Made by a program: the position numbers and the translations under genes. Below are positions 29,922-40,320 of a stretch of 64,000 nt of DNA, piece by piece. This DNA is from an uncultured bacterium. GTDB taxonomy: Bacteria; Patescibacteriota; Minisyncoccia; Phycocordibacterales; Phycocordibacteraceae. The stretch lies in the NCBI GenBank assembly GCA_963851445.1, contig CAWKPH010000002.1, positions 102,183 to 166,182 on the forward strand, written 5' to 3'. The stretch's first letter is position 1. Each line of letters begins with the position of its first letter. A model generated the notes under the pieces. The model was not told the origin of the DNA and did not search any database. It saw nothing but the letters and a program-made list of their open reading frames with translations.

Positions 29922-31016
29922 ATGTTGACTCCTTATTTTTTTCCGACCGCAGCTCCGCTCTTCAATGCAGCGCGCGTCCTTATACCCTTCATCGTCGCAT
30001 TCGCAGTAGGAATATTGTTTGCACCTCTTCTCACACACTACCTCTATAAATATAAGGCGTGGAAAAAGAAAGCGGGAAAGGAAAAGGGTATGGGGGACGA
30101 CAACGGAACACCTCTTTTCAACGAGCTTCACAAGGACCGCGAAATCTCGGTACCACGCATGGGCGGTATTCTTGTATGGGGCGCCGTTGTTATAACTACT
30201 CTCGGTATCATGCTTCTAGGCATGATTTTTGGTGGGCCATTTATTCTTCTTAATTTCTTCAATCGTAGTCAGACCTGGCTTCCACTTGCCGCACTTGTCG
30301 TTGGAGGAATTACGGGGCTGATCGACGATACACTTGAAATCAATCGTAGTCGTGGCGGACTCTCCCTTTCGTGGCGTATTCTTATTGTCGCTCTGTTTGC
30401 GTGCTTTGCTGGCTGGTGGTTTTATACAAAACTTGGCGTATCAGGGATTGGCATGCCGTTTGTGGGCACCCTTCCGCTTGGACCGTTTTTCATTCCATTT
30501 TTCATACTCGTGACACTTGCACTCTATGCAAGCGGAGTTATCGATGGCATAGACGGGCTTGCGGGCGGCGTCTTTGCGATTATATTCCTCGCCTACGCGG
30601 GAATCGCCTTTGCGCAGAGTCAGGTGGCACTCGCGGGGTTTGCGGCGACCGTGTCAGGAGCGATATTCGCCTTTCTATGGTTCAATGTGCCACCCGCGCG
30701 CTTCTATCTTTCTGAGACAGGAAGTATGGCGCTCACACTTGCACTGGCGGTTACCGCTTTTTCAGCAGATACGCTCGGAGGAGGAGTTGGTGTTATTGTC
30801 CTTCCAATAATCGCTCTTCCGCTCACCATTACGGTTATTGCGAACATACTACAAGTATTCTGGAAGAAAGTTTTTAAGCGCAAACTTTTCCATATCGCCC
30901 CTATTCATCATCACTTTGAGACGCTCGGCTGGCCACCCTATAAGGTCACCATGCGCTACTGGATCATCACTATCATGGCTGGCGTATTCGGACTCGCAAT
31001 TGCTCTGTTAAAATAA
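29922..31016 (+). CDS. mraY: Phospho-N-acetylmuramoyl-pentapeptide transferase
   Basis: VPRMGG, GLIDD, DGIDGL, APIHHHFE..GWP; located next to ftsW-murG. Confidence 0.92.
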   Translation: MLTPYFFPTAAPLFNAARVLIPFIVAFAVGILFAPLLTHYLYKYKAWKKKAGKEKGMGDDNGTPLFNELHKDREISVPRMGGILVWGAVVITTLGIMLLGMIFGGPFILLNFFNRSQTWLPLAALVVGGITGLIDDTLEINRSRGGLSLSWRILIVALFACFAGWWFYTKLGVSGIGMPFVGTLPLGPFFIPFFILVTLALYASGVIDGIDGLAGGVFAIIFLAYAGIAFAQSQVALAGFAATVSGAIFAFLWFNVPPARFYLSETGSMALTLALAVTAFSADTLGGGVGVIVLPIIALPLTITVIANILQVFWKKVFKRKLFHIAPIHHHFETLGWPPYKVTMRYWIITIMAGVFGLAIALLK

Positions 31017-31020
31017 AAGA

Positions 31021-32136
31021 ATGTTTAACCGTCTTTCGGGGGACCGGATCTTCGCGAGCATTGTTATTGCACTTGTGGTCGGTGGTCTTGCAGTTTTTGC
31101 ATCTGCAACGCTTGGCCTTCTTGCGCGTGCGGGTGAGTCACCTTGGCATGTTGCATTCGATCAAATTTTCTTAGGACTTATTCCCGGTACTATTGCGCTC
31201 ACTTTTCTTCGTTTCGCACCGCCGAAGTGGATCATGAAAGCCGTCTTTCCTTTCTACATTGCTTCAATCGTTTTCACACTGTTTGTGTTCATACCGCATG
31301 TGGGATATCACGCACTGGGCGCGAGCCGCTGGATTCAGATCGGATCGGCTACTATTCAGCCAGCGGAGTTCCTCAAGATTGCGGTGGTACTTATGCTTGC
31401 AGGATATCTTTCGGGTGTGAAAAAAGGTATAAGCGATATTAAACAAGGACTTCTCGTATTTATCGTAATTGTTGGAATTCCGTGCCTCATACTTATCGCA
31501 CAACCAAATACATCCACTACCCTTATCATTGGAGCTACCTGTGTGGCACTTTATTTCCTTGCGGGAGCACCGTGGCGCGACTTCGCCATAATCTTTGGAG
31601 GAGCAATCATTGGACTTACGATCTTGGTTGCTATTCGCCCCTACCTCCTCGGGCGCATACTGACGTATGTCGATCCCGCACGAGCGTCCCTTTCGAGCGG
31701 CTATCAAATCGAGCAGTCGTTAATTGCGGTGGGGTCAGGAAAACTAATCGGACGTGGATACGGGCAAAGTGTTCAGAAATTCAATTATCTTCCCGAGCCC
31801 AATAGTGATTCTGTATTTGCAGTGTACGGCGAGGAGTTTGGATTTCTGGGCACGGTAGCGTTGGTTTTTGCATATGTGCTATTTGCGGCACGCGGCTTTT
31901 ATATTGCAATCGAAGCATCCAATACCTTTGGCGCACTTACCGTTACCGGTCTTACGCTTCTTATCACACTCTCTGCATTTCTGAATATGGCAGCACTTCT
32001 TGGCATCCTGCCACTTACCGGATTACCGCTTCCATTCATTAGCCAAGGAGGCACAGCGCTCTTAGCGGCGCTTGCATCGGTGGGGATCATCCTAAATGTT
32101 GCGGCACATCGTACAAAAAAGACCCATCTCGCGTAG
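31021..32136 (+). CDS. ftsW: FtsW/RodA (SEDS) protein, probably FtsW
   Basis: GASRWI, IQPAEFLK, GYQIEQSLIAVGSG, YLPEPNSDSVF, LPFISQGG; between mraY and murG. Confidence 0.88.
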   Translation: MFNRLSGDRIFASIVIALVVGGLAVFASATLGLLARAGESPWHVAFDQIFLGLIPGTIALTFLRFAPPKWIMKAVFPFYIASIVFTLFVFIPHVGYHALGASRWIQIGSATIQPAEFLKIAVVLMLAGYLSGVKKGISDIKQGLLVFIVIVGIPCLILIAQPNTSTTLIIGATCVALYFLAGAPWRDFAIIFGGAIIGLTILVAIRPYLLGRILTYVDPARASLSSGYQIEQSLIAVGSGKLIGRGYGQSVQKFNYLPEPNSDSVFAVYGEEFGFLGTVALVFAYVLFAARGFYIAIEASNTFGALTVTGLTLLITLSAFLNMAALLGILPLTGLPLPFISQGGTALLAALASVGIILNVAAHRTKKTHLA

Positions 32137-32163
32137 TGCGTGTTATACTCGGCCTAAACGCTT

Positions 32164-33315
32164 ATGAAGATTGTGTTTACCGGCGGAGCCACAGGCGGCC
32201 ATTTTTATCCGCTGATCGCGGTTGCAGAGGCGATACACCAAGTGGTTGCTGAACGTCGTCTGTTAGAGCCAAAGCTCTTTTATATCGCTCCTACACCGTT
32301 CGATGAAGAAGCTCTTTTCGCAAATGCTATTACGTACGTACACAGTCCTGCAGGGAAGGTGAGGCGATATGTATCGGCACGTAATTTTACCGATGTCTTC
32401 GTAACGCTTAGCGGCACCCTTAGTTCGCTCATAACACTTTTCAAAATTTACCCTGATGTCGTATTCTCCAAAGGTGGTTTTGCGAGCGTCCCAACGGTGC
32501 TTGCGGCACATTTTTTAGGCATCCCTATTGTCATTCACGAGTCTGATTCGAAATTTGGTCGCGCGAATAAACTTGCCGCTCGGTATGCATACCGTATTGG
32601 TGTTGCCTTCGATAGCGCCGCTGAGGGTCTGCCGCCTAAACAGCGCGCAAAAGTGGCGCGCACCGGAATCCCTATACGTAGCGAGCTCGAACTTCCTGAA
32701 TCGGAAGGAGCAAAAAGTGCACTCGGTCTCGTTCCTCTTCTTCCAACAATACTCATTATGGGTGGCTCGCTTGGGTCGCAGCGCATCAACGAGATGATTT
32801 TGACTGCACTTCCGGAGCTTATTGCATTTGCGAATATCATTCACCAAACGGGTAAGGATAATTTTAAGGATGTCGAGGCTGAGGCAAGCGTTGTGCTTGA
32901 GGGCAACGCTAATCGCGATCGTTACCATGTATTTCCATATCTGAGCGCGCAGTCTATACGTCAAGCTGCAAGTGCGGCGGACCTGATCGTGTCGCGTGCG
33001 GGTACGGGTGCTATTGCTGAAATTTCACACTGGAAAAAGCCAGCCATACTCATTCCCATTCCCGAATCGGTGAGCCACGATCAGCGCACAAACGCGTATG
33101 CGTATGCCCATACCGGCGCTGCGATTGTACTCGAAGAAGCGAACATGACAGGACACGTACTTATGTCTGAAATCAAACGCCTTACCAGTGATCTTTCTCT
33201 TGCAAAGGAAATGGGAGAGAAAGGTGCGGCGTTCGGCTCTACAGATGCCGCGCGTGTCATTGCTGAGGAACTTCTTTCAATTGGACTGGCGCATGAACCA
33301 GCGCAGGGTGTATAG
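32164..33315 (+). CDS. murG: MurG glycosyltransferase
   Basis: TGGATGGHFYP, KGGFASVP, HESD, GGSLGS, SRAG, HDQRTNA. Confidence 0.95.
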   Translation: MKIVFTGGATGGHFYPLIAVAEAIHQVVAERRLLEPKLFYIAPTPFDEEALFANAITYVHSPAGKVRRYVSARNFTDVFVTLSGTLSSLITLFKIYPDVVFSKGGFASVPTVLAAHFLGIPIVIHESDSKFGRANKLAARYAYRIGVAFDSAAEGLPPKQRAKVARTGIPIRSELELPESEGAKSALGLVPLLPTILIMGGSLGSQRINEMILTALPELIAFANIIHQTGKDNFKDVEAEASVVLEGNANRDRYHVFPYLSAQSIRQAASAADLIVSRAGTGAIAEISHWKKPAILIPIPESVSHDQRTNAYAYAHTGAAIVLEEANMTGHVLMSEIKRLTSDLSLAKEMGEKGAAFGSTDAARVIAEELLSIGLAHEPAQGV

Positions 33316-33329
33316 GGAGAAACAGTACC

Positions 33330-34817
33330 ATGACCATACGTACACGATTCGCCCCAAGCCCAACCGGATTTCTCCATGTAGGTAGCGCACGCACGGCCCT
33401 CTATGCATGGCTCTATGCACGTAAATATGGGGGGCAGTTCATTCTACGCATTGAGGACACGGACAAGGAGAGGGAAGTTGAAGGATCGATCGGCCACATC
33501 ATGGAATGCCTACGTTGGCTTGGCCTTATGTGGGATGAGGGGCCAAATATCGATGGCCCCTATGCGCCCTATGTACAGTCCGCACGACTTGAACTCTACA
33601 AGGAATATGCACGTAAGCTTCTTGCAGCGGGTTTTGCATATCCCGATCCCTATACATCCGAAGAAATTGAAGTGCTTCGCCAGCAAGCGATAGGTGAGAA
33701 ACGAGCATTCTTGTATCGCGAGCATCGCCCTCACATGGCTACAAAATGGGACGGTACACAACCGCTTCGTTTTCGCGTTCCCGCGCTAAAGCGTTACGAA
33801 TGGGTTGATCTTGTTCGGGGACCTCTCTCCGCAGGTGAAGAGGCACTCGACGATTTCATACTTATGAAGGGTGACGGATTCCCGACCTATAACTTTTGTC
33901 ATGTGGTCGACGATATAGAAATGAAAGTAACCCATGTTATGCGAGGCGAGGAATTTATTTCTTCCACGCCAAAATTTCTTTCGCTGTATGAAGCTCTCAA
34001 AACCGCGCCACCACAATTTGCTACGTTACCGCCCATACTTGGGGAGACTGGCACAAAGAAATTGAGTAAACGAGATGGTGCTAAAGACATTCTCGATTAC
34101 CGGGCAGAGGGGTATTTGCCTGAAGCGCTTGTGAATTTTCTTGCGCTTCTTGGGTGGAATCCTGGTACTGAACAAGAGGTCTTTAGCATGGAGGCTCTTA
34201 TCGCACATTTCGACCTCGCTCGCGTGCAACGATCCGGTGCAATGTTCGACGACAACAAGTTGCTTTTCATAAACCAACAATGGATGCGTGGGCTCTCCGA
34301 TGAAGAATTCCTTATGCAAGGTCAACTGGTTGCGCCTGAAGCAGTACCCAAATCGCACGTACAAGAAAATGCTACCGAAAATCAAATACGGCTCCTGAAA
34401 TCAGTACCGCTTCTTAAGGAACGGGCCCACACATTTTCTGAGGCACAGGATATGCTTACTGGCGAGCTATCGTGCTTATTTACAGACCCCAACCCAGAGA
34501 AGACTCCTTTGCTTGCCAAGGAGCCGAAAAACAACCCTCCAGGTCTCACAAAAACAAGCCTCACAGAGCTTTTAGAGCATATTCAAGCATTGTCTCAAAG
34601 CACCTTCGAATCTGGCCCAGAGGCCCTAAAAACAGCTCTTATGGGCTATGCGGATGCCAATCCTAAAGAACAGGGAGGTAGGGGGGCAATTCTCTGGCCG
34701 CTTCGCTACGCGCTCTCGGGAAAGGAGCATTCTCCAGATCCGTTTTCTCTTATCTATATATTAGGCAAAGATGAAAGCATATTTCGCATCCAAACGGCAC
34801 TTGCTATACTGGATTAA
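33330..34817 (+). CDS. gltX: Glutamate--tRNA ligase
   Basis: RFAPSPTGFLHVG, LRIEDTD, THVMRGEE, KLSKR. Confidence 0.96.
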   Translation: MTIRTRFAPSPTGFLHVGSARTALYAWLYARKYGGQFILRIEDTDKEREVEGSIGHIMECLRWLGLMWDEGPNIDGPYAPYVQSARLELYKEYARKLLAAGFAYPDPYTSEEIEVLRQQAIGEKRAFLYREHRPHMATKWDGTQPLRFRVPALKRYEWVDLVRGPLSAGEEALDDFILMKGDGFPTYNFCHVVDDIEMKVTHVMRGEEFISSTPKFLSLYEALKTAPPQFATLPPILGETGTKKLSKRDGAKDILDYRAEGYLPEALVNFLALLGWNPGTEQEVFSMEALIAHFDLARVQRSGAMFDDNKLLFINQQWMRGLSDEEFLMQGQLVAPEAVPKSHVQENATENQIRLLKSVPLLKERAHTFSEAQDMLTGELSCLFTDPNPEKTPLLAKEPKNNPPGLTKTSLTELLEHIQALSQSTFESGPEALKTALMGYADANPKEQGGRGAILWPLRYALSGKEHSPDPFSLIYILGKDESIFRIQTALAILD

Positions 34818-36193
34818 TGAAACGTGTTCTGATATTTGCGTCTGTAGTATTCGTTGCAATTGTTCTCACAAGTGTCACTCCTGCATTGTCGTACGCACAA
34901 ACCGCTTCGGGCACTCCCGCTAATGCCTCAGCAATCGAATCTCAAATTGATCAAAATACACAGCAGATTTCTTCAATCCAAAAAGATATTGACGCCTATA
35001 CGCAACAACTTAATACGCTTAGTACGAAGAAGCAGACCTTGCAGTCAACAATTAGTTCCATAGATTTGAATAAAGAAAAGACAACTGATGAGATAAATCA
35101 AACCGAAGACCAAATACAAACGGCAAATCTTACCCTGAATCAACTCGGGAGCCAGATCACTCTTAAACAAGCTGCGATTAATCTTGATCAACAGGCGCTG
35201 GCAGCATCACTTAGACAAATTCAAGGCGATGATCAGGTACCGTTTGTCGCAGCACTTTTTTCTGCATCTAGTTTCGCAAACGTATGGGAGGATATTGGCA
35301 TAGAAACACAGCTTAGTGAGTCACTTCAATCAAATGCCGCAAATCTCTCTGATGATAAAGTTCAACTCACTAGTCAACAGCAACAAGTGGCAAACACAAA
35401 AACGTCTTTAGTATCCGATACAACGAATCTTCAAACTCAAAGCGGGGAGCTTGCTGCAACCGAGGAAGCAAAACAAGAGCTTCTCGCGCAAACGAATTCT
35501 CAGCAAAGTACTTATCAGACTCTGCTTACCGAAAAGAAAGCTGAGGAGGCCCAATTTGAGAGCGAGCTTACAAGCCTTCAGAACAGCCTCAAGGGAATCT
35601 CCCCCTCTGCGGTACCCGTAGCGGGGCAGGGAATTCTGAATTGGCCTTTTGCCGATTCAATCATGCAGAATTGTGTAGGGAAGCAGGGCGCTCTGGGCAA
35701 TCCCTACTGTATTACACAATATTTTGGTAACACCCCATTTGCGACTGCAAACCCGGCTATTTATAGCGGTATGGGGCATGATGGTGTTGATATTGGGGTA
35801 CCCATTGGCACACCGGTAGAAGCAGCTCTTGACGGCGTTGTTGCGGGCACGGGAGACACCGATCTTATTCACAATGCTGCAGGCAATCAATGTTACTCAT
35901 TTGGTAAATGGATCATGATCCAGCATCCGAACGGACTTAATACCATGTACGCACACCTTTCCGTTATAGGGGTTACGAAAGGGGAGCAGGTTACTACCGG
36001 GCAAGTCATAGGATACTCGGGCATGACTGGCTATGCGACAGGTCCTCACCTACACTTTGGTGTGTATGCCACCGCAGGTGTGCAGTATACGACCTTAGGC
36101 GCTTTCCACGGTACTGACACGCCCTGCTCGGATGCAACCATGCCCGTTGCACCTGAGGATGCCTATCTCAATCCGCTTTCGTATCTTTTGTGA
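34817..36193 (+). CDS. Secreted coiled-coil M23 peptidase (EnvC/CwlO-like)
   Basis: Signal peptide, Gln-rich coiled coil, HDGVD, YAHLS, TGPHLHF. Confidence 0.9.
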   Translation: MKRVLIFASVVFVAIVLTSVTPALSYAQTASGTPANASAIESQIDQNTQQISSIQKDIDAYTQQLNTLSTKKQTLQSTISSIDLNKEKTTDEINQTEDQIQTANLTLNQLGSQITLKQAAINLDQQALAASLRQIQGDDQVPFVAALFSASSFANVWEDIGIETQLSESLQSNAANLSDDKVQLTSQQQQVANTKTSLVSDTTNLQTQSGELAATEEAKQELLAQTNSQQSTYQTLLTEKKAEEAQFESELTSLQNSLKGISPSAVPVAGQGILNWPFADSIMQNCVGKQGALGNPYCITQYFGNTPFATANPAIYSGMGHDGVDIGVPIGTPVEAALDGVVAGTGDTDLIHNAAGNQCYSFGKWIMIQHPNGLNTMYAHLSVIGVTKGEQVTTGQVIGYSGMTGYATGPHLHFGVYATAGVQYTTLGAFHGTDTPCSDATMPVAPEDAYLNPLSYLL

Positions 36194-36210
36194 TGTCGTA
36201 TAGTTGAGGT

Positions 36211-36399
36211 ATGATCCGCATCATCTTTTGGATTATCATCATAGTGTTCATTCTTTCAGCGCTAGGTATATCACTCCATTCGCTTATCAATTCTCCTCTA
36301 ACCCAGGCAAACTTCTCTTATTTGTGGCAACTGGTGGTATCAATTGTACAAACCATCTGGCACGCACTTACTGCTCTCGTGAATAGACATACGGGATGA
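36211..36399 (+). CDS. Small membrane protein
   Basis: 62 aa with a hydrophobic N-terminus; co-oriented with neighbours. Confidence 0.55.
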   Translation: MIRIIFWIIIIVFILSALGISLHSLINSPLTQANFSYLWQLVVSIVQTIWHALTALVNRHTG

Positions 36400-36427
36400 C
36401 CTATTTAAAATCTGCTATATTGTACCT

Positions 36428-36583
36428 ATGAGAAAAACAGACGCGGTCACCATTCTACAGATAACAAACAATGTTAATACCGTATTCGGCCTAGGATCAG
36501 ATCAAAATATATACCAATGGAATATGCTCGATTCTTCATGGCATATGTTTATTGTAGAAAAAGAGAAAAATCCCGGGAATTAA
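36428..36583 (+). CDS. Small hypothetical protein (51 aa; not in the ORF track)
   Basis: MRKTDAVTILQITNNVNTVFGLGSDQNIYQWNMLDSSWHMFIVEKEKNPGN*; TG-C-TATATT box just upstream of the ATG. Confidence 0.5.
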   Translation: MRKTDAVTILQITNNVNTVFGLGSDQNIYQWNMLDSSWHMFIVEKEKNPGN

Positions 36584-36692
36584 ATAATACTGTAGGCGTT
36601 ATTCAACGACGATTCTTGCGCAGCGGTTTCAGAGAGCTATAGTTATAGTAGTAGTTCTCTAGGGTCTTTTACCAGGCCTAACCCCCAATCCT

Positions 36693-36887
36693 ATGTGGCA
36701 ACACGCGGTAAATATCGTTTTAGGAATCTGGATCATTGGCGTTTCGCTCTACGTGCTCCAGTCTATTGGTCACACTCTTGGCTGGATGCTCATCATTCCA
36801 GGAGTTCTAATAGTTGCTGTTGCATTTTGGGGTCTTGCCGAAGAATTAGATTTGTATTCACATACGCGTAAAGACAATGGCATGTAG
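36693..36887 (+). CDS. Small two-TM membrane protein (SPW-repeat-like)
   Basis: MWQHAVNIVLGIWII followed by a second TM helix. Confidence 0.55.
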   Translation: MWQHAVNIVLGIWIIGVSLYVLQSIGHTLGWMLIIPGVLIVAVAFWGLAEELDLYSHTRKDNGM

Positions 36888-37005
36888 TGGTAGTAGACAT
36901 AAATGTTTAGTTAATTTCGCGAAGAAATCCACTATTCGGTCGTGCAGAAATGTTTTGCACCGTTTTCTCTAGGGCTTTCGTATAGTATAGAAACCTTATT
37001 CTTCA

Positions 37006-37434
37006 ATGTCCTTATTACCTCGCAAGAAAGGGAAATCAGAGTCCCTCGGTTCGGATGTGTCTACTGTTCCGGCGATACTTTTGGGTGATATTCGAGTGCC
37101 CGTTGAGGTAGTCTCTACCCCTGAGGCTATACAGAAGGGGCTTTCTGGACGTAGGGAACTTCCAGAATCTCATGGTATGCTGTTCATATTCGACCATTCG
37201 GCGCAGTTCAGATTCTGGATGCGGCGAATGTATTTCCCACTGGACATGATTTGGATAAGTGACGCTAAGAAGATAGTCGACATAACGAAGAACGTCCCGC
37301 CTCTCTCCTTTTTTTCAAAAGCAGTCTTCTATAGTCCAAAGACTTTTGCTCGGTATGTGCTTGAGGTAAATGCGAATTTTTGCGACACTCACCATATCAC
37401 GATTGATACCCCTGTTCAGTTTGTTTCGCTATAG
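37006..37434 (+). CDS. DUF192 family protein
   Basis: KGLSGR, GMLFIF, FWM..MYFPLDMIWI, YVLEVNA. Confidence 0.9.
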   Translation: MSLLPRKKGKSESLGSDVSTVPAILLGDIRVPVEVVSTPEAIQKGLSGRRELPESHGMLFIFDHSAQFRFWMRRMYFPLDMIWISDAKKIVDITKNVPPLSFFSKAVFYSPKTFARYVLEVNANFCDTHHITIDTPVQFVSL

Positions 37435-37436
37435 GT

Positions 37437-38501
37437 ATGGAAATTGCGCCGCTAGCCGAGAAAGATCGTTCGGAGTGGAATACATTTGTAGCTGAACAAT
37501 TTCCACCAGTGGGCGCATTTCTCCAAAGTTGGGAATGGGGGACATTCAAGGGAATTCTGCACGAGAAGGTTATACGTTTTGCTATACGAGACGGAGATAT
37601 GTGGATCGGGTGTTTTCAGCTTGAAATACATGCACTTCCCGCGGGTTTTAAATATGGCTATGCGCCACGCGGGCCGGTGCTACGAAAGGAGCTATGGTCG
37701 GACTCTATACGAGTGAGCGAAATATTTGCTGAGATAATCAATTATCTTCGAAAGAATTATCCTTCGCTTATTTTTGTGCGCCTCGAGCCTCCCCATAAAG
37801 AGCAATTCGATTTTTACTTTAGGAGACCGTTTAGAAAACTACCCCAGTATCTGCAACCTAGGTTCAATCAGCTTATACGGCTTGATGACGCGGATGAGCT
37901 TCTGAAAACATTCGTATCTGATGTTCGGCACGATATTCGAGCTGCGCAGCGGCTCGGTATTGTGGTAACAAATAGTGAACGGCTTAGCCCAGAGGATACC
38001 CAGGCATTTGAGGAAATGAAGGCTCAAACCGGTGCGCGTAGTGGAAAGAATATTTTTCCCTCAAACGACTATTTCTTACATTTTCTTGATTCCTTTAAAG
38101 AGGGCACCAGCACGAGAAAATCGGAACCCTCTCTACGATATTTTATAGCTCGCAACAAGGAGGGGGTTCCGGTCGCAATCAATTTAAATCTTTTGTTTGC
38201 TGATACGCACACGTATCTCTACGGTGCTTCCTATTCAGGCGCACGTTCAAAACGCGCTCCTGCGTACCTACATTTTCAGACCATGCTACACGCGCGAGAG
38301 GATGGGTATGAATATTACGACCTTGGGGGTGTTGATCCACAGCTATGGCAAGGGCTTACGTACTTTAAGCAACAATTCGGGGGCGAAATGACCGAATATA
38401 TTGGTACGCTTGATGTCGTGATGAAACCTTCGCTCTATGCTCTCTACTGCACCGCTAAAAACACCTTTAGAACCTCGCTCCATCTTGGCGATGATAAGTG
38501 A
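37437..38501 (+). CDS. FemAB/FemX-family peptidoglycan bridge aminoacyltransferase
   Basis: FLQSWEWG, YAPRGPV, YLYGAS, YDLGG, FKQQFGG. Confidence 0.88.
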   Translation: MEIAPLAEKDRSEWNTFVAEQFPPVGAFLQSWEWGTFKGILHEKVIRFAIRDGDMWIGCFQLEIHALPAGFKYGYAPRGPVLRKELWSDSIRVSEIFAEIINYLRKNYPSLIFVRLEPPHKEQFDFYFRRPFRKLPQYLQPRFNQLIRLDDADELLKTFVSDVRHDIRAAQRLGIVVTNSERLSPEDTQAFEEMKAQTGARSGKNIFPSNDYFLHFLDSFKEGTSTRKSEPSLRYFIARNKEGVPVAINLNLLFADTHTYLYGASYSGARSKRAPAYLHFQTMLHAREDGYEYYDLGGVDPQLWQGLTYFKQQFGGEMTEYIGTLDVVMKPSLYALYCTAKNTFRTSLHLGDDK

Positions 38502-38514
38502 TACTATTTTTGTA

Positions 38515-39645
38515 ATGCAGCATCATAAAAAGAAGAAAAGAGCGAAACGCTTGCCGCACTATTCATTTCTTGCGCCAACTCTGGGCGTTGTGGTGCTTGG
38601 TGTGGTAGTTTTGATCCTCTCACGCCATAGCGTGACGCAGTATATCCAGAACCAGAATAGTGATACGAGCACGATTGCGATCACTGCACCGGTGGTTAGC
38701 ACATCATCGCTTCCTGTCGCCAAAGAACTTGAGGATGGATACTATGTTTCGCAAACACGAAATAACTGTGGGCCTTCAGCGCTTTCCATGGATTTTTCCT
38801 TTTATGGAGTACATGTAAGTCAGGAGACTCTTGCAGATGATCTACGTCCTACACATAGCGAGGTGGGGAATGACGACAAATCCACAACCCCTGAGGAACT
38901 GGTCGCAGAAATTCAAAAATATGGCTTTACCGCCTACTACCGCCCCAATGGATCCATTCAGGAGCTCAAGGAATTTGTTGCGAACGGCATCCCTGTAATG
39001 ACGCGCACGCTCTTCATTCCGACCGAGGATTTTGGTCACTACCGCGTGATCAAGGGATACGATGATACGACTGGTCAGATTATTGATGAGGATGGTTTTC
39101 AGGGTCCTGAAATTCATTACTCGTATTCCGATTTCATGTCGCTCTGGGAAGAGTACAACTACGAGTACATCGTAATTGTTCCTCCGGGCAAGGAAGCTTT
39201 AGTTCAATCAATCATCGGCGCCGATGTTAGCACGACCACTGCCTGGCAGAATGCTCGAACAGTGGCACAAGCTGCATACACCTCAAATCCTTCAGACTTC
39301 CGAGCCGGCTTTAATCTTTCAGTCGCTGATTACTACCTCGGGAACTATGCTGATTCTGTTGCAGAATTTCAACAAGTTCAGTCACAGATTCCACAACATA
39401 CGCTTTGGTATCAGTTGGAGCCTATCGAGTCCTACTATGAGCTCGGTGACTATAGTGAAGTTTTCTCACTTGCTAACAGCATATTAAATAATGGTGACCC
39501 AGTGTATCCCGAGCTTTTGGTACTCGAAGGAGAGGCATATCAAAAACAGGGTGACGTCGTTCAGGCAAAAGCAGCGTATGAACTTGCACTTGTGTATAAC
39601 AAAAATTTAGTGAGTGCACAGCAAGCTCTGGCAGGCGTAAGTTAA
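38515..39645 (+). CDS. Membrane-anchored C39-like peptidase with C-terminal TPRs
   Basis: TM helix; QTRNNCGPSAL, GHYRVIKGYD; TPR-like helices; start placed at ATG 38515. Confidence 0.8.
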   Translation: MQHHKKKKRAKRLPHYSFLAPTLGVVVLGVVVLILSRHSVTQYIQNQNSDTSTIAITAPVVSTSSLPVAKELEDGYYVSQTRNNCGPSALSMDFSFYGVHVSQETLADDLRPTHSEVGNDDKSTTPEELVAEIQKYGFTAYYRPNGSIQELKEFVANGIPVMTRTLFIPTEDFGHYRVIKGYDDTTGQIIDEDGFQGPEIHYSYSDFMSLWEEYNYEYIVIVPPGKEALVQSIIGADVSTTTAWQNARTVAQAAYTSNPSDFRAGFNLSVADYYLGNYADSVAEFQQVQSQIPQHTLWYQLEPIESYYELGDYSEVFSLANSILNNGDPVYPELLVLEGEAYQKQGDVVQAKAAYELALVYNKNLVSAQQALAGVS

Positions 39646-39743
39646 TCCACATCGACATATGGGGCGAGATTCTGTTTAGTATAAAAACTGAGACCGCCTT
39701 GTTAGGGGCGGTCTCGGGGAAAGTTTGAAAGAACGAGAGGCGA

Positions 39744-40160
39744 TTATTTCGCCTTCGAAGTCCGCACCGCCTTGAGGTATCTGCTATCTTCGCCGCGGGC
39801 CTCGCGATTCTTCGCGAGCTTCCGGCGTGCCGTGGCGACCTCGTCGGACGTACGCGCCCGGCGAACCACCTTCTTGGGAGGCAGCAGGATGTCATAGCCC
39901 TGCTGCGTATTGACCGAGATCTTGCCGGCCATGCTGGCCCGGAACAGAAGCACTTCGGCGCCTTTGGCGTAGGGACCTTTCCAGGCCACCTCGTCGAGGA
40001 GTCGATTGATGACCTCATCGATGACGCCCTGGTCTTTCGTGGCATGGGGGCCGAAAAGCTCGTAGGGGGCCATCGTCTGGACGACCCACTGGGAGCCCAT
40101 CTCACGCGGGGTGAGTTTGGTCTCGATGGGGTCGGTAGTGGGTACGTACGCGAGTGACAT
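39744..40160 (-). CDS. Hypothetical protein
   Basis: 138 aa with GC-rich third positions; GGAG upstream; TTGACA (TGTCAA 40233) promoter; downstream hairpin GAGACCGCC/GGCGGTCTC near 39690-39715. Confidence 0.7.
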   Translation of the reverse strand: MSLAYVPTTDPIETKLTPREMGSQWVVQTMAPYELFGPHATKDQGVIDEVINRLLDEVAWKGPYAKGAEVLLFRASMAGKISVNTQQGYDILLPPKKVVRRARTSDEVATARRKLAKNREARGEDSRYLKAVRTSKAK

Positions 40161-40320
40161 GGGAGGTTCTCCGCGATGCTGTCCTAAAAGGACGGTTTAT
40201 CCTGCATATAGACTAGCACGATTACTAAATATTGTCAAGCCTTGCCTTTCAATGCTTCTGCTTGAATGCTATAAAAAAGTCGCTGGGCGTACCCACCGAC
40301 TCTAACACTCACTGATAAAA

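Noticed and set aside
38460-38475. TTTAGAACC near the 3' end of the FemAB gene
   Set aside because: It lies inside a coding region, with no upstream part of the motif and no downstream terminator; probably chance.
39473-40105. 210-aa minus-strand ORF and similar long shadow ORFs (40405, 46878, 47866, 49021, 52661)
   Set aside because: They are alternative frames of GC-rich genes that have better motif and SD support.
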